From Thermoplasmata archaeon (lineage in GTDB: Archaea > Thermoplasmatota > Thermoplasmata > Lutacidiplasmatales > UBA184): a stretch of DNA of 64,000 nt. Numbering within the stretch: position 1 is the first letter of the stretch; every line of letters starts with the position of its first letter. Shown in pieces: positions 1 through 9,110 of this stretch. Location: positions 8,095 through 72,094 of the forward strand of contig JAJZYH010000004.1 in NCBI GenBank assembly GCA_021798195.1, written 5' to 3'. The position numbers were made by a program, and so were the translations under genes. The notes under the pieces are model-generated. The model saw only the letters and a list, made by a program, of their open reading frames with translations. It was not told where the DNA came from and did no database searches.

Positions 1-618
1 GGGATCGCTGCCGAGGCCCTGAGGATATCGCTCCCCGTTCCCGCGGAGGTGCTTGCGTTCCGGGGTGCCGCCGCGCTGGCCCGGGACCTCGGGGGTTCCC
101 TGGCGCACGGAGAGGAGGCATGGGAGGTGGCGCGCCTCCTGTTCCAGGCGGGCCGGCGGGTGAACGGGTGGAACCGGGAGGATGGCCTCGCCCTGGAGGT
201 CGCGGCGCGCCTGCATGATCTCGGGATGGCCATCGACCGGTGGCACCACCCGCACCATTCCTCCTACATCCTGCGCCACACCATCCTCCCGGGCCTGACC
301 CACCGCGAGGTCGCCATGGCGGCCATCGCGGTGGCCCTTCACGAGGGGGACTCCCTCCCCATGGGTTCCCTCCGCGAGTGGCGTGCGGTCCTCTCGGAGG
401 AGGACCTGCACCGGGCCCTCCAGTTGGGCCAGATCCTCAACGCCGCAGAGCTCTTATCGGGGAGGCCGGTCCACCTGCGGCGGTCCCCGCGCAGCCGAGT
501 GGTCACCATGGTCCCTTCTCATTCCTGGGCGGCCGCCCACGCCCCGGCTCTCGCGGCCAAGCTCACCCGCAAGCTTGAGCCCGAGACGGGGCTGCGGATC
601 GTGGTGGGCCATGGTTGA
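1..618 (+). CDS. Ppx/GppA-family exopolyphosphatase, C-terminal (HD-like) part; 5' end lies outside the window
   Basis: Frame is open from nt 1. The motif HDLGMAIDRWHHPHHSSYIL is typical of the Ppx/GppA C-terminal phosphohydrolase domain. The stop overlaps the start of the next gene. Confidence 0.55.
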   Translation, partial: GIAAEALRISLPVPAEVLAFRGAAALARDLGGSLAHGEEAWEVARLLFQAGRRVNGWNREDGLALEVAARLHDLGMAIDRWHHPHHSSYILRHTILPGLTHREVAMAAIAVALHEGDSLPMGSLREWRAVLSEEDLHRALQLGQILNAAELLSGRPVHLRRSPRSRVVTMVPSHSWAAAHAPALAAKLTRKLEPETGLRIVVGHG

Positions 619-1306
619 CGCGCGCGCCAGGGCGAGACCGTTCCCGGGGAGGCTCATCGTCTTCGAGGGGCTGGATGGGAGCGGGAAGTCCACCCAGGCG
701 CGGCTCCTGGTGCGGTGGCTGAGCGCACGGGGCTTCCGCGTCTTCTTCACGGAGTGGAACTCCTCCGATCTGGTCTCCCGGGCCATCCGTCGGGGCAAGA
801 AGAAGGGTCTCCTCACACCCACCACATTCTCGCTCCTGCACGCCGCGGACTTCGCCGATCGATTCGAACGACAGGTGCTCCCGCCGCTCCGGGCGGGGTA
901 CATCGTGGTCTCGGACCGGTATTCGTACACGGCGTTCGTACGGGACACGGTCCGGGGGTGCGACCCCGCCTGGGTCCAGAACCTCTATTCCCTGGCCCCG
1001 CGTCCGGATGTCCCTCTCTACTTCCGGGTCTCGGTGGCCACCTCGCTCGCCCGGAAGCTCGCCTCCCGGGAGAAGATCAGCTACTACGAGGCGGGGATGG
1101 ACCTCGGCCTTTCCCGGGACCTGGTGGAGAGCTATTCCAAGTTCCAGGCACGGATCAAGCACGAGTACGAGGCGCTCGCGGGCCGCGAGCGGTTCACGGT
1201 GGTCGATGCCGACCAACCGGTGGAAGAGGTGGCGAAGGATGTCCGCCGTGCCATCCGCCCCCTCCTCGCCAACTTCCCCAAGACCGAGGTGCTCACGCAT
1301 GCGTAG
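611..1306 (+). CDS. tmk: thymidylate kinase (dTMP kinase), copy 1
   Basis: ATG at 611. P-loop LIVFEGLDGSGKSTQ, a DRY motif and a lid region. About 231 aa. Overlaps the upstream Ppx stop by 8 nt. Confidence 0.8.
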   Translation: MVDARARARPFPGRLIVFEGLDGSGKSTQARLLVRWLSARGFRVFFTEWNSSDLVSRAIRRGKKKGLLTPTTFSLLHAADFADRFERQVLPPLRAGYIVVSDRYSYTAFVRDTVRGCDPAWVQNLYSLAPRPDVPLYFRVSVATSLARKLASREKISYYEAGMDLGLSRDLVESYSKFQARIKHEYEALAGRERFTVVDADQPVEEVAKDVRRAIRPLLANFPKTEVLTHA

Positions 1307-2054
1307 CACGTTCGGGGGCCGGCTGCCCGGCCTCACCCCCATGCACCTCCGGCGCGGTCACCTCCTGGTCCTCGAGGGCCCCGACGGCTCGGGACGCACC
1401 ACGGAGGCCACCCTCCTCAAGGAATGGCTGGAGGTCCGGGGCCACCCCGTGGTGGACACCGGCCTGCGTCGCTCCACCCTCGTGAGCCGGATCATCGATC
1501 GGGCCAAGGAGGGACACACGTTCGGGCGGACCACCATGGCCCTCCTCTACGCCGCGGACTTCGCCGACCAACTCGAGAACAAGATCCTCCCCTCCCTGGC
1601 ATCGGGCGCCACCGTCCTGGCCGACCGGTACGTCTATACCCTCATCGCGCGGGCGGTGGTCCGCGGGGCCTCCCGACCCTGGGCCGACCGCCTCTACAGC
1701 TTCGCGCTGGTCCCGGACCTCACCATCTACCTGGATGCCCGCCCTGACATCCTCCTGCACCGGGCCATCGCCAAGTTCGGCTTCCTGGACTACTGGGAGT
1801 CGGGGATGGACCTCTCCCTCTCCCCGGACCGGTTCGAGAGCTTCCTGACCTACCAGAAGAGCCTTCGGGAGCAGTTCGAACAGATGGCCCGGCAGTACGG
1901 CTTTTGCCGGGTGGATGCCAACCGCACCCCGGAAGCGGTCCATCGCGACGTCCGGCGCATCGTGCAGGAATGGTTCACGCGGCAGCTCCGTCGGCCCACC
2001 CGTCCCGAGCGCATCGACGATGCCGCCATCGGGTCTACTTCCCGAGGGCGATGA
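1299..2054 (+). CDS. thymidylate kinase paralogue, copy 2 (GRTT P-loop variant)
   Basis: P-loop LLVLEGPDGSGRTTEA, a DRY motif, and the same fold arrangement as copy 1. ATG at 1299 overlaps the copy-1 stop (ATGCGTAG). An alternative start at M 1341 is possible. Confidence 0.7.
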   Translation: MRSTFGGRLPGLTPMHLRRGHLLVLEGPDGSGRTTEATLLKEWLEVRGHPVVDTGLRRSTLVSRIIDRAKEGHTFGRTTMALLYAADFADQLENKILPSLASGATVLADRYVYTLIARAVVRGASRPWADRLYSFALVPDLTIYLDARPDILLHRAIAKFGFLDYWESGMDLSLSPDRFESFLTYQKSLREQFEQMARQYGFCRVDANRTPEAVHRDVRRIVQEWFTRQLRRPTRPERIDDAAIGSTSRGR

Positions 2055-2589
2055 GCTGGCCCCGGGCCATGAGCCACTCCAGACGGGCTCCCCCCGGGGC
2101 GTATCCCACGTCGAACGCAAGCTTCGCCGCTCCCGCCCGTCGAAGTCGGGCCACGGCCACCGCCTCCCCGGTGAGGCAGAGGCCCAGGAAGAGACCCAGG
2201 GTGGGCTCGTGCCCCACCAGCGCGGGAACGTCCCCCGGGGGAATCTCTCGCCGCAGGCGGTCGAGGACGGGCTCCGGTGAGGATCCGGGGGCGAGTTCCG
2301 GCCAGGTCTCCAAGCGGGGGGGCGTCCCAAAACCTTCCCTCAGGATGCCGGCGGTCCGGAACGCCCGCTCGGCCGGGCTCGTCAAGAGGACCGTGATGTC
2401 CCAGGCAGTGCGGGAGAATCCTCGGGCGACTTCCCGGGTCGTCCGGATGCCGGCGGCGCTCAACGGTCGCAGGTCGTCGTCGGGCCACCGCCGGGGATCC
2501 CGCTCCAGGGAAGGTCCGTGGCGAACCACATAGAGGACCCGCGCGGAAGAGGACGCCTCCTCTGTCCCGTCTTCGTCCTTCGGCTCCAT
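2035..2589 (-). CDS. histidine-phosphatase superfamily protein, SixA-like phosphohistidine phosphatase
   Basis: N-terminal LYVVRHGPS (RHG catalytic motif) and a later conserved His (VGHEP). About 184 aa from the ATG at 2589. The 441-aa ORF in the track is an upstream over-extension. Confidence 0.6.
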   Translation of the reverse strand: MEPKDEDGTEEASSSARVLYVVRHGPSLERDPRRWPDDDLRPLSAAGIRTTREVARGFSRTAWDITVLLTSPAERAFRTAGILREGFGTPPRLETWPELAPGSSPEPVLDRLRREIPPGDVPALVGHEPTLGLFLGLCLTGEAVAVARLRRAGAAKLAFDVGYAPGGARLEWLMARGQLIALGK

Positions 2590-2702
2590 CCGGGGGGAAA
2601 TGCGCCCCCGAGGTCTTGGACCCTTGCTTTGGACCCGCACGTTCGCCCTCTCCTCTTTCCCCTCAGCCTCCGGAGGCATTCCAACCGGTGGCCCGAGGGG
2701 GC

Positions 2703-3803
2703 CTACCGGCCCTTGGGATCTGGTTGGGACGGTTGGCTCCCTTCCTCGGGGCCTCCCGAAGGACTGGGCGCCCCGGTTTCGGGAAGCAGGTTCCCGTTGG
2801 GGAGCCCATGCGCGCTGGACTCTATGTCCAGGGTCAGCTCCGCAAGGTCGGCGGAGTACGACGCGATCCGGTCCATGGATTCCAGGAGGAGGCTCGCCGT
2901 GGCGGCGACGCTGGAGGGAAGACGAGGGAGCCTCTGGGCCAGGAGGAAGCGCTCCCAGAGGGCCGCCCGCTCCGAATGGATCCCCTCCGCGCGGTCGATG
3001 AGCTGATTGGCCCGGAGGGGGTCGGGGGCATCCAGAAGACCGGCGGCCTCGGCGAAGAGATCCATCACCTCTGCGTGGAATCGTTGCAGAGCGAGTCGGA
3101 GTTCCCCGGGGACGGCACCCTGGTTGAGCCGCTCGGATTCTCCGATCAACCGGATCGCGTGGTCGGAGATCCGTTCCAGCCCGCGGGCGGCGAGGAGGTG
3201 GTGAACCCCCTGCGACCAGGATGCGGGTCCCGACGGTGCCACGGGGACGATGGACCGACGGAGAAGGACCCGTTCCATCCACCATGCGAGGCGATCCACC
3301 TCGTCGTCCCGGGACGGGAGCCGGGAAAGATCGGGCCGCAGGGTCCCTTTGCCGAGGCACTCTCCGGATTCAGTGAGAAACGCACGAGTGAGTTGGGCCA
3401 TGCGACGCAGGAGTGCACCCGTGGAAAAGCCCTCCGGAGGTCCCATGTCCTTGAGGACCACGCTTTCCCGCCCCTCTTCCACCACCTCGAAGTGGGCCAC
3501 GCGCCGGACAAACTCCTTCACCACCTTGCGGATCTCCGGTGCGACCATTTCATCGTGCCGGAGGCGGATCGAGTCATAGCCACCGAGATAGGCCGCGATG
3601 AGCCGCCGGAAGAGGTACTCCGGTCGCTCGTCCCCCTCGACCTCCATGGAGAGCAACTGGTCCTGGGGGGCCCTGCGGAGGGAAGGCGCCACGAGGATAC
3701 CATCCCCCGGGATCCGGTGGAGGGCCACCTGGTTCCCCGCTTGGAGGCGCTGGCTCTGGAGCCATTTTCGGGGCAACGAGACCACCACTTCGCCCCCGCT
3801 CAT
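2703..3803 (-). CDS. phoU: phosphate uptake regulator: PhoU domains with an N-terminal AbrB/SpoVT swapped-hairpin domain
   Basis: N-terminal MSGGEVVVSLPRKWLQSQRLQAGNQVAL (AbrB-like) followed by two PhoU-like helical repeats (the DxxxR-type motifs DRLAWWMERVLL and DHAIRLIGESERL). Start chosen at M34 of the track ORF. Confidence 0.7.
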   Translation of the reverse strand: MSGGEVVVSLPRKWLQSQRLQAGNQVALHRIPGDGILVAPSLRRAPQDQLLSMEVEGDERPEYLFRRLIAAYLGGYDSIRLRHDEMVAPEIRKVVKEFVRRVAHFEVVEEGRESVVLKDMGPPEGFSTGALLRRMAQLTRAFLTESGECLGKGTLRPDLSRLPSRDDEVDRLAWWMERVLLRRSIVPVAPSGPASWSQGVHHLLAARGLERISDHAIRLIGESERLNQGAVPGELRLALQRFHAEVMDLFAEAAGLLDAPDPLRANQLIDRAEGIHSERAALWERFLLAQRLPRLPSSVAATASLLLESMDRIASYSADLAELTLDIESSAHGLPNGNLLPETGAPSPSGGPEEGSQPSQPDPKGR

Positions 3804-3894
3804 GCCCCGCAATTGGCGCAGCGCCCGTCCCTCGCCGTCCGGCCCGGGGCGCTTCCCACCGGCCGTGGCCCTCCCGGGTCGGCCGTCTCCCACT

Positions 3895-3995
3895 TTCTTC
3901 ATCTTTCTCCGGGTTGAAATTACATTGTCACATGACTATATAGATTATCTACATAGAATATATTGTCAAGCTGACTCTGACGGAGACCTCCGGTT
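3895..3995. promoter_or_regulatory. about 100-bp AT-rich island between divergent phoU and the ClC gene: probable bidirectional promoter/operator
   Basis: ttgaaattacattgtcacatgactatatagattatctacatagaatatattgtcaag. The GC content drops sharply within a 68% GC background. It contains near-palindromes (GTCAcaTGAC, TAGATTATCTA) and TATA-like runs. Confidence 0.4.
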
Positions 3996-4246
3996 CCGCG
4001 GGTCGTGGGGGAGCCGTCTGAGCTCCTTGCCGTTCGCCCGGGAGTTCATCGTTGCGTGGGACATCCGGGGAGAGAAGGGCCGGGTCCTTCACGGAGAGCC
4101 AACCCCCCCGGAGTGGGGAGTGCCACCGGTGCAGGGAGGCCGGGGACCACCCCGGAGGGAGGATCGGGGACGACTGCGGGTGGAGGGGTGGTGGTTGCAA
4201 GGTTCGGGTTAATATGTGATGCTGGTGTTTGCGCAACGGTTCATTG

Positions 4247-6193
4247 ATGGTGCCAAGGTCGGTTTCCAATCGAAATACCGGTCGCTTTCCCCACTGGACC
4301 CGGTACACTCGGGGAATCCGGCAGAGCGTGCGCCAGTGGAGAGCCTATGGAGCGAGCCGGCGATCCTTGCTCTCCGGGTCCCGGAACCTAGCCCGATGGG
4401 CTCTCATCGCGGTTCCCATTGGTGTGGTGGCTGGCTTCGGAGCGGTGGCCTTCTATCTGCTGTGGTACGCCCTGACCGAACTGCTCGTGGTGGGAGTGGT
4501 GGGGATCACCTACCCCCTCGCGGGAGGCGAGCTCGGACAGACGGTGACATGGGGGACCGATGTCTCCGAACCGTTGCGCATCCTTCTGCTCCCCCTGGTC
4601 ATGACGGCAGGAGGGTACGGCGCGGGCCTGCTCGCCCAGAAATTTGCCCCGGAGATCCAGGGGCACGGAACGGATGAGGCCATCACCGCGTTCCACCATC
4701 GGCAGGGTCAGATCCGGGCTCGCGTTCCCTTGCTCAAGATCCTGGCTTCCTCCCTCACCCTCGGATCCGGTGGGAGCGGGGGCCGTGAGGGCCCCGTGGC
4801 TCAAGTGGGCGGGGGGTTCGGATCCGTCCTCGCAGGAGCCCTGGGTCTCAGCGAGAAGGATCGTCGGACCGCCCTCGCCACAGGGTTGGGGGCCGGCGTG
4901 GGGGCCATCTTCAAAGCCCCCCTGGGAGGGGCTCTCTATGCGACGGAAATCATGTACACGGGAGACTTCGAACCGGAAGTTTTCGTGCCCGCCGTGATGG
5001 CTTCGGTCACCAGTTACGCGATCTTCGGTCTGTTCTTCGGGTTCACCACCTTGTTCACCTCACCCACGGGGGTCGGGTGGAACATCCAGCAGATCCCGCT
5101 CTACGCGCTCCTCGGTCTCCTCTGCGCCGGGGCCGGTCTCTTCTTCATCCGGATGTACCTTTCGACGCTGAACTGGTTCCAGCGGAAGGCGTGGCCGCTC
5201 TCCCAACGGACCGCCGTGGGAGCGCTGATCGCGGGAGCCTGCATCCTGGGCGTGTTCTTTCTCTTCCCGTGGGATACGAGCCATTTCGCGGCTCTCTCCA
5301 GCATCGACGTCGGATATGGGTTCGTTCAGGCCGCCATGTTCGACCAGATCTTCATCACCATCGGACCTTTCGCGGTGATCATCCTCGCCGTGGCGGTGAT
5401 CCTGCGCATGGTCACCACGTCCATGACCGTGGGCAGCGGGGGGAGCGCGGGCCTCTTCGGGACTTCCGTGGTCATCGGAGCCCTCTTGGGGTCCGGGGTG
5501 GGCGGGGTGTTCCACATCCTTCTCCCCCACCAGGTCCCCACCGCGGACATCGCGGCGTTCTCCATCGTTGGGATGATGGCCTTCTTCGGAGGGATCTCGA
5601 AGGCTCCCCTCGCGGTGCTGGTGATGGTCGTGGAGATGGCGGGGACCTACTCTCTCCTCCTGCCCGCCATGCTTGCCATCTTCATCGCGTACGCGGCGAC
5701 CGGGAGTTCCCACATCTACGTCGCCCAGATCGATTCCCGCATCCAAAGCCCGGCCCATCGGGATGAATACCGGGACTACTTCCTCCAGGAGACCCCGGTC
5801 CTCGCGCTTCCCAAAGCCGAGGCCGTAGAGGTGACCCCTTCGACCACGATCCGGGACGCGCTGGACGTGGTCGCACGGACCGGGCAGACGACCTTGCCCA
5901 TGGTGGACAACGGCCGGCTCTTGGGTGTCGTCCGCTTCCGAGAGTTGGTGGAGACTCCCGAACCGCAGCGGGGGTCGTTGCTGGCCTACGATCGGTTGGA
6001 ACCCTGTACCGCGGTGGTGACCACCGATGCTACGGCGGCCGAGGCCCTCCGGGCCATGGAGAACGCGAATTCCAGTGTGGCAGCGATCGTCACCGCAGGG
6101 TCCCCCGTCCGGTACGTGGGGCTCGTGACCCGGGGGGGCATCCTGCACATGCTCCCCAAGGGGGAAGGGGCCGCCCGTCCCCCTCCTATTTGA
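4247..6193 (+). CDS. ClC-family voltage-gated chloride channel / H+:Cl- antiporter with two C-terminal CBS domains
   Basis: Selectivity-filter motifs GSGGSGGREGP, GAIFKAP-like and GGxxF. About 10 transmembrane segments. A C-terminal CBS pair. TATA-like TTAATAT about 32 nt upstream of the ATG at 4247; the track start 4229 is a TTG. Confidence 0.85.
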   Translation: MVPRSVSNRNTGRFPHWTRYTRGIRQSVRQWRAYGASRRSLLSGSRNLARWALIAVPIGVVAGFGAVAFYLLWYALTELLVVGVVGITYPLAGGELGQTVTWGTDVSEPLRILLLPLVMTAGGYGAGLLAQKFAPEIQGHGTDEAITAFHHRQGQIRARVPLLKILASSLTLGSGGSGGREGPVAQVGGGFGSVLAGALGLSEKDRRTALATGLGAGVGAIFKAPLGGALYATEIMYTGDFEPEVFVPAVMASVTSYAIFGLFFGFTTLFTSPTGVGWNIQQIPLYALLGLLCAGAGLFFIRMYLSTLNWFQRKAWPLSQRTAVGALIAGACILGVFFLFPWDTSHFAALSSIDVGYGFVQAAMFDQIFITIGPFAVIILAVAVILRMVTTSMTVGSGGSAGLFGTSVVIGALLGSGVGGVFHILLPHQVPTADIAAFSIVGMMAFFGGISKAPLAVLVMVVEMAGTYSLLLPAMLAIFIAYAATGSSHIYVAQIDSRIQSPAHRDEYRDYFLQETPVLALPKAEAVEVTPSTTIRDALDVVARTGQTTLPMVDNGRLLGVVRFRELVETPEPQRGSLLAYDRLEPCTAVVTTDATAAEALRAMENANSSVAAIVTAGSPVRYVGLVTRGGILHMLPKGEGAARPPPI

Positions 6194-6264
6194 TTTCCTA
6201 TCCGGCGCGCATGGATGGGCGCAGGCCAACCATTTTGTGAGAGGACCTCCTCCGGGAGGCCCTC

Positions 6265-7650
6265 ATGCATATCGTGTTCAACACCCAGACCCCTCCGGTC
6301 CGGCCGCTTCCCGGTTCCCGAGGTTTCCCCCACCGGGACGTCTGGAGGGTCGGTGTGGATTGCCTACCTTCGGTGGGGGGAGTGGTGCCCATGGTCCGGG
6401 CCGTCATCCGCGCCTCCACAGGTTCCTGGCTCTCTCGGGGCACCGGTTGGGTCTCCCTGGGGGGCCCAGGGTATCCCTCCGGGGCCAGACTCGATGACGG
6501 GGTCGAGGCCCGGTTCGTGAATCTTCCGGAACCGATCCGGGCAGGCTACACACGGTTCAAGGAGAGCATCTGGCGTTCGTTCCACGGAACCGGAACCTTC
6601 CAGTTCGACCGGGAGGGATACCGGTGCTTCACGGACTATTCGTTCCGCACGGCCCGAATCCTCCAGGGGCTCGCAGACTCCACCGATGCCTTCTACATCC
6701 ATGACTTTCAGCAAATCCAGGTGGGAGGACTCCTGGGTCCCCTCGCTCCGGCCGTCCTCCGCTGGCACATCCCCTTCAACCTTGAGATGTATCCGCCACC
6801 CGTCCGCCACTTCTTCATGGCGAATCTCGGGGGGTACGATGGGATCATTGTCTCCACGCGGCGGGAGCTGGAGAGCCTCCTGCGCGCGGGATATCGGGGA
6901 CTCGCGTTCCAGATCTATCCCCACGTGGATCCATCCCAGTACCGTCCGGCTCCTCCGGCGCTCCCGGGACAGCTTCGGGAGGAGTGGGACCTTGGGGACG
7001 GACCCGTGGTGCTCTGCGTCGCGCGGATGGATCCCCAGAAACGGCAGGACCTGTTGCTGGAGGCATGGCCCTACGTGGCGCGCCGGTTTCCCCGCGCTCG
7101 ACTGGTCCTGGTGGGGAACGGAAGCTTCTCGGGGGGACACGGGAAGGCTTCCCAATGGCGGACCTACCTGGAGCAACTGGTACGGCGCCATCGGATCACG
7201 GGATCGGTCCGCTTCGTGGGCTATCTGGAGGATGAGCGCCTAGCCGCCGCCTATGACCTTTCCCACTTGGTGGTGCTTCCCTCACCCCGGGAGGGATTCG
7301 GGCTCGTGGCGGTGGAGGCATGGCTGCACCGGCGGCCGGTGCTGGTGACGGAAGGGGCCGGGGTCCGGGAGATCATGACCCGGGGGGTGGACGGAGATGT
7401 GGTCCCGGCGTTCTCCTCCCGTGCGCTGGCCCGGGGAATGGCCCGTCTCCTGGCCCATCCCAGGCAACTCGAGTCCATGGGGGAACGGGGAGCGGAGACT
7501 GCCCGGAATTGCTTCGTGGACGAAGCGATCGTCCGGATCCGGGAGGTCTTTTCCGTGGTCATGCGGGGCTACCGCCAGAGAAAACGACCCACTCGCATCT
7601 TGACCGGCCTATCGGGGCGGTACGCCGACCAGGTACATCCGGAAGAGTGA
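6265..7650 (+). CDS. GT-B fold retaining glycosyltransferase (GT4/GT20-like; possibly a sugar-phosphate or compatible-solute synthase)
   Basis: N-terminal half has OtsA/SPS-like motifs (FYIHDFQQ..., LRWHIPF). The C-terminal half has the GT4 motif REGFGLVAVEAW (EX7E). Confidence 0.55.
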   Translation: MHIVFNTQTPPVRPLPGSRGFPHRDVWRVGVDCLPSVGGVVPMVRAVIRASTGSWLSRGTGWVSLGGPGYPSGARLDDGVEARFVNLPEPIRAGYTRFKESIWRSFHGTGTFQFDREGYRCFTDYSFRTARILQGLADSTDAFYIHDFQQIQVGGLLGPLAPAVLRWHIPFNLEMYPPPVRHFFMANLGGYDGIIVSTRRELESLLRAGYRGLAFQIYPHVDPSQYRPAPPALPGQLREEWDLGDGPVVLCVARMDPQKRQDLLLEAWPYVARRFPRARLVLVGNGSFSGGHGKASQWRTYLEQLVRRHRITGSVRFVGYLEDERLAAAYDLSHLVVLPSPREGFGLVAVEAWLHRRPVLVTEGAGVREIMTRGVDGDVVPAFSSRALARGMARLLAHPRQLESMGERGAETARNCFVDEAIVRIREVFSVVMRGYRQRKRPTRILTGLSGRYADQVHPEE

Positions 7651-7740
7651 CCGATCCCCCAAGACGTTCGTCCCCGGGCCGCCCTTGGCGGATCCATCGG
7701 GGGAGGTTTCAAATACGGAGCCGCCGTCGCAACGCGCCAT

Positions 7741-7815
7741 AGCGGGGTAGGGTAGTCAGGTTATCCCGACGGGCTCATAACCCGTAGATCCATGGTTCAA
7801 ATCCATGCCCCGCTA
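7741..7815 (+). tRNA. tRNA-Met (CAT), initiator type
   Basis: Cloverleaf AGCGGGG..CCCCGCU with an A1:U72 pair. Anticodon stem with three G:C pairs (ACGGG/CCCGU), loop CUCAUAA. T-arm CCAUGGUUCAAAUCCAUGG. TTTCAAATA (TATA-like) lies about 45 nt upstream. Confidence 0.8.
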
Positions 7816-8059
7816 CCCACTCCGAAGTTCAGGGACTTGGAGGTGTTGACCCGACCTCGTGGGCAACAGGGCCATCTCCCGTGGGAACGGGGGTGCGTAC
7901 TTCCAAGGGCCGCCCACGAGGGAGAGAGGAGGGAGAGTACGGCATGTCCTCCGTGTCGGGGTCCCTTTGCGACCGTCCGTATAGGCTCCATATGTCCCAC
8001 AGCCATTTGTGGACGGGCACATGCCGGGGGCAGGGGGGAGCGGATCGGAAGGATCGACC

Positions 8060-8572
8060 ATGGGTCACCCCGTCCCACATCTTGTGGATCTCCGGCGCAT
8101 CCGAGAGGAGGACTGGGCCACGTACAGGGCCCTGAGGCTCCAAATGCTCCAGGAGTCCCCCTTGGCCTTCGCTTCCCCCGACGAATCCCGCCGCGACCTG
8201 CCGGATTCATGGTGGCAGGATCGAACCTCGGAAGGAGCCAGGTCACCCGAGGAAGCCATGTGGATAGCCACGGTGGAGGGGGTTGCGGTGGACATGGTCG
8301 CCGTCTCGCGGCGGACCCCCGAGGTACGCATCTTCTCCATGTGGGTCCATCCCGAGCATCGCGGAAACGGGATCGGTGGCCGTCTCCTCCATATGGCCCT
8401 CGCCTGGGCCCAGGGCCAGGGTCCACGGATTCCGGTGCTCCTCGACGTCCATCCCCGGCAGAGGGCGGCCCTTCACATGTACCGGAAGAAGGGCTTTCGG
8501 CTCACGGGGAAGCAGGAACCTCTACCGCACACACGGGGTGAAGTGGCGGTGGAGATGAGGTGGATGCCGTAG
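8060..8572 (+). CDS. GNAT-family N-acetyltransferase
   Basis: Acetyl-CoA binding motif HRGNGIGGRLL (Q/RxxGxG/A) and a GNAT fold layout. About 170 aa. Confidence 0.7.
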   Translation: MGHPVPHLVDLRRIREEDWATYRALRLQMLQESPLAFASPDESRRDLPDSWWQDRTSEGARSPEEAMWIATVEGVAVDMVAVSRRTPEVRIFSMWVHPEHRGNGIGGRLLHMALAWAQGQGPRIPVLLDVHPRQRAALHMYRKKGFRLTGKQEPLPHTRGEVAVEMRWMP

Positions 8573-8668
8573 GGCACCGTTCAAGGATCGGGGGAAACGG
8601 ACAGTACCTGGAGTCTGGAGACGGACTCCTCTCCGGTTCTTCCCGGGAACCCCTGACCCCCCCCTTCG

Positions 8669-9064
8669 TCAGGCCAAGGGGCCCTCGCGCGAAGGTGGGC
8701 GGTAGCGGTACCATGCGAACCCGGACACCTGGGACAGGGGGATCCACCCGAAGTGTCGGCTGTCCCGGCTCCGAACCACATTGTCCCCGCGGACATCGAC
8801 CCAGAGTGCTCCCGAGGATTCCCGGATCGCGTGGACCCTCTTGATGAGCCACCGCTCCCGGGATTCCGGGTCCCGGAGCACCACGATCTCGCCGGGCTGA
8901 GGGGGCCGTATCCGGTATTCCTTTCGGTCCACGAACAAGCGATCCCCCGGGAGGAGCGTGGGGGACATGCTGTCGTCGATCACCTCCACCCGCCGACTCC
9001 TCCACCATCGGCTCCACGGGGAGCGCTTCCAGGACCACGTATGTCCAGAGGAGGTTTCCTCCAT
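8669..9064 (-). CDS. sodX: S26-family signal-peptidase-like protein, putative NiSOD maturation protease (SodX-like)
   Basis: Box B DDSMSPTL (Ser nucleophile), box D KRVHAI (Lys general base), box E GDNVVRSRDSRHFG. Divergently adjacent to sodN. Start uncertain; the upstream in-frame ATG at 9112 would add 16 aa. Confidence 0.6.
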   Translation of the reverse strand: MEETSSGHTWSWKRSPWSRWWRSRRVEVIDDSMSPTLLPGDRLFVDRKEYRIRPPQPGEIVVLRDPESRERWLIKRVHAIRESSGALWVDVRGDNVVRSRDSRHFGWIPLSQVSGFAWYRYRPPSREGPLA

Positions 9065-9110
9065 CGCTGGTTCCGCCGGGTTTAAGGCTCCGGGAGTTCT
9101 GCGGGAGGGC

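Noticed and set aside
2616-3917. 433-aa plus-strand ORF
   Set aside because: Antisense to the well-supported PhoU gene. No domain signal. A typical high-GC shadow ORF.
5060-6229. 389-aa minus-strand ORF rich in Arg/Gly/His
   Set aside because: Antisense to the ClC channel gene. Low-complexity composition.
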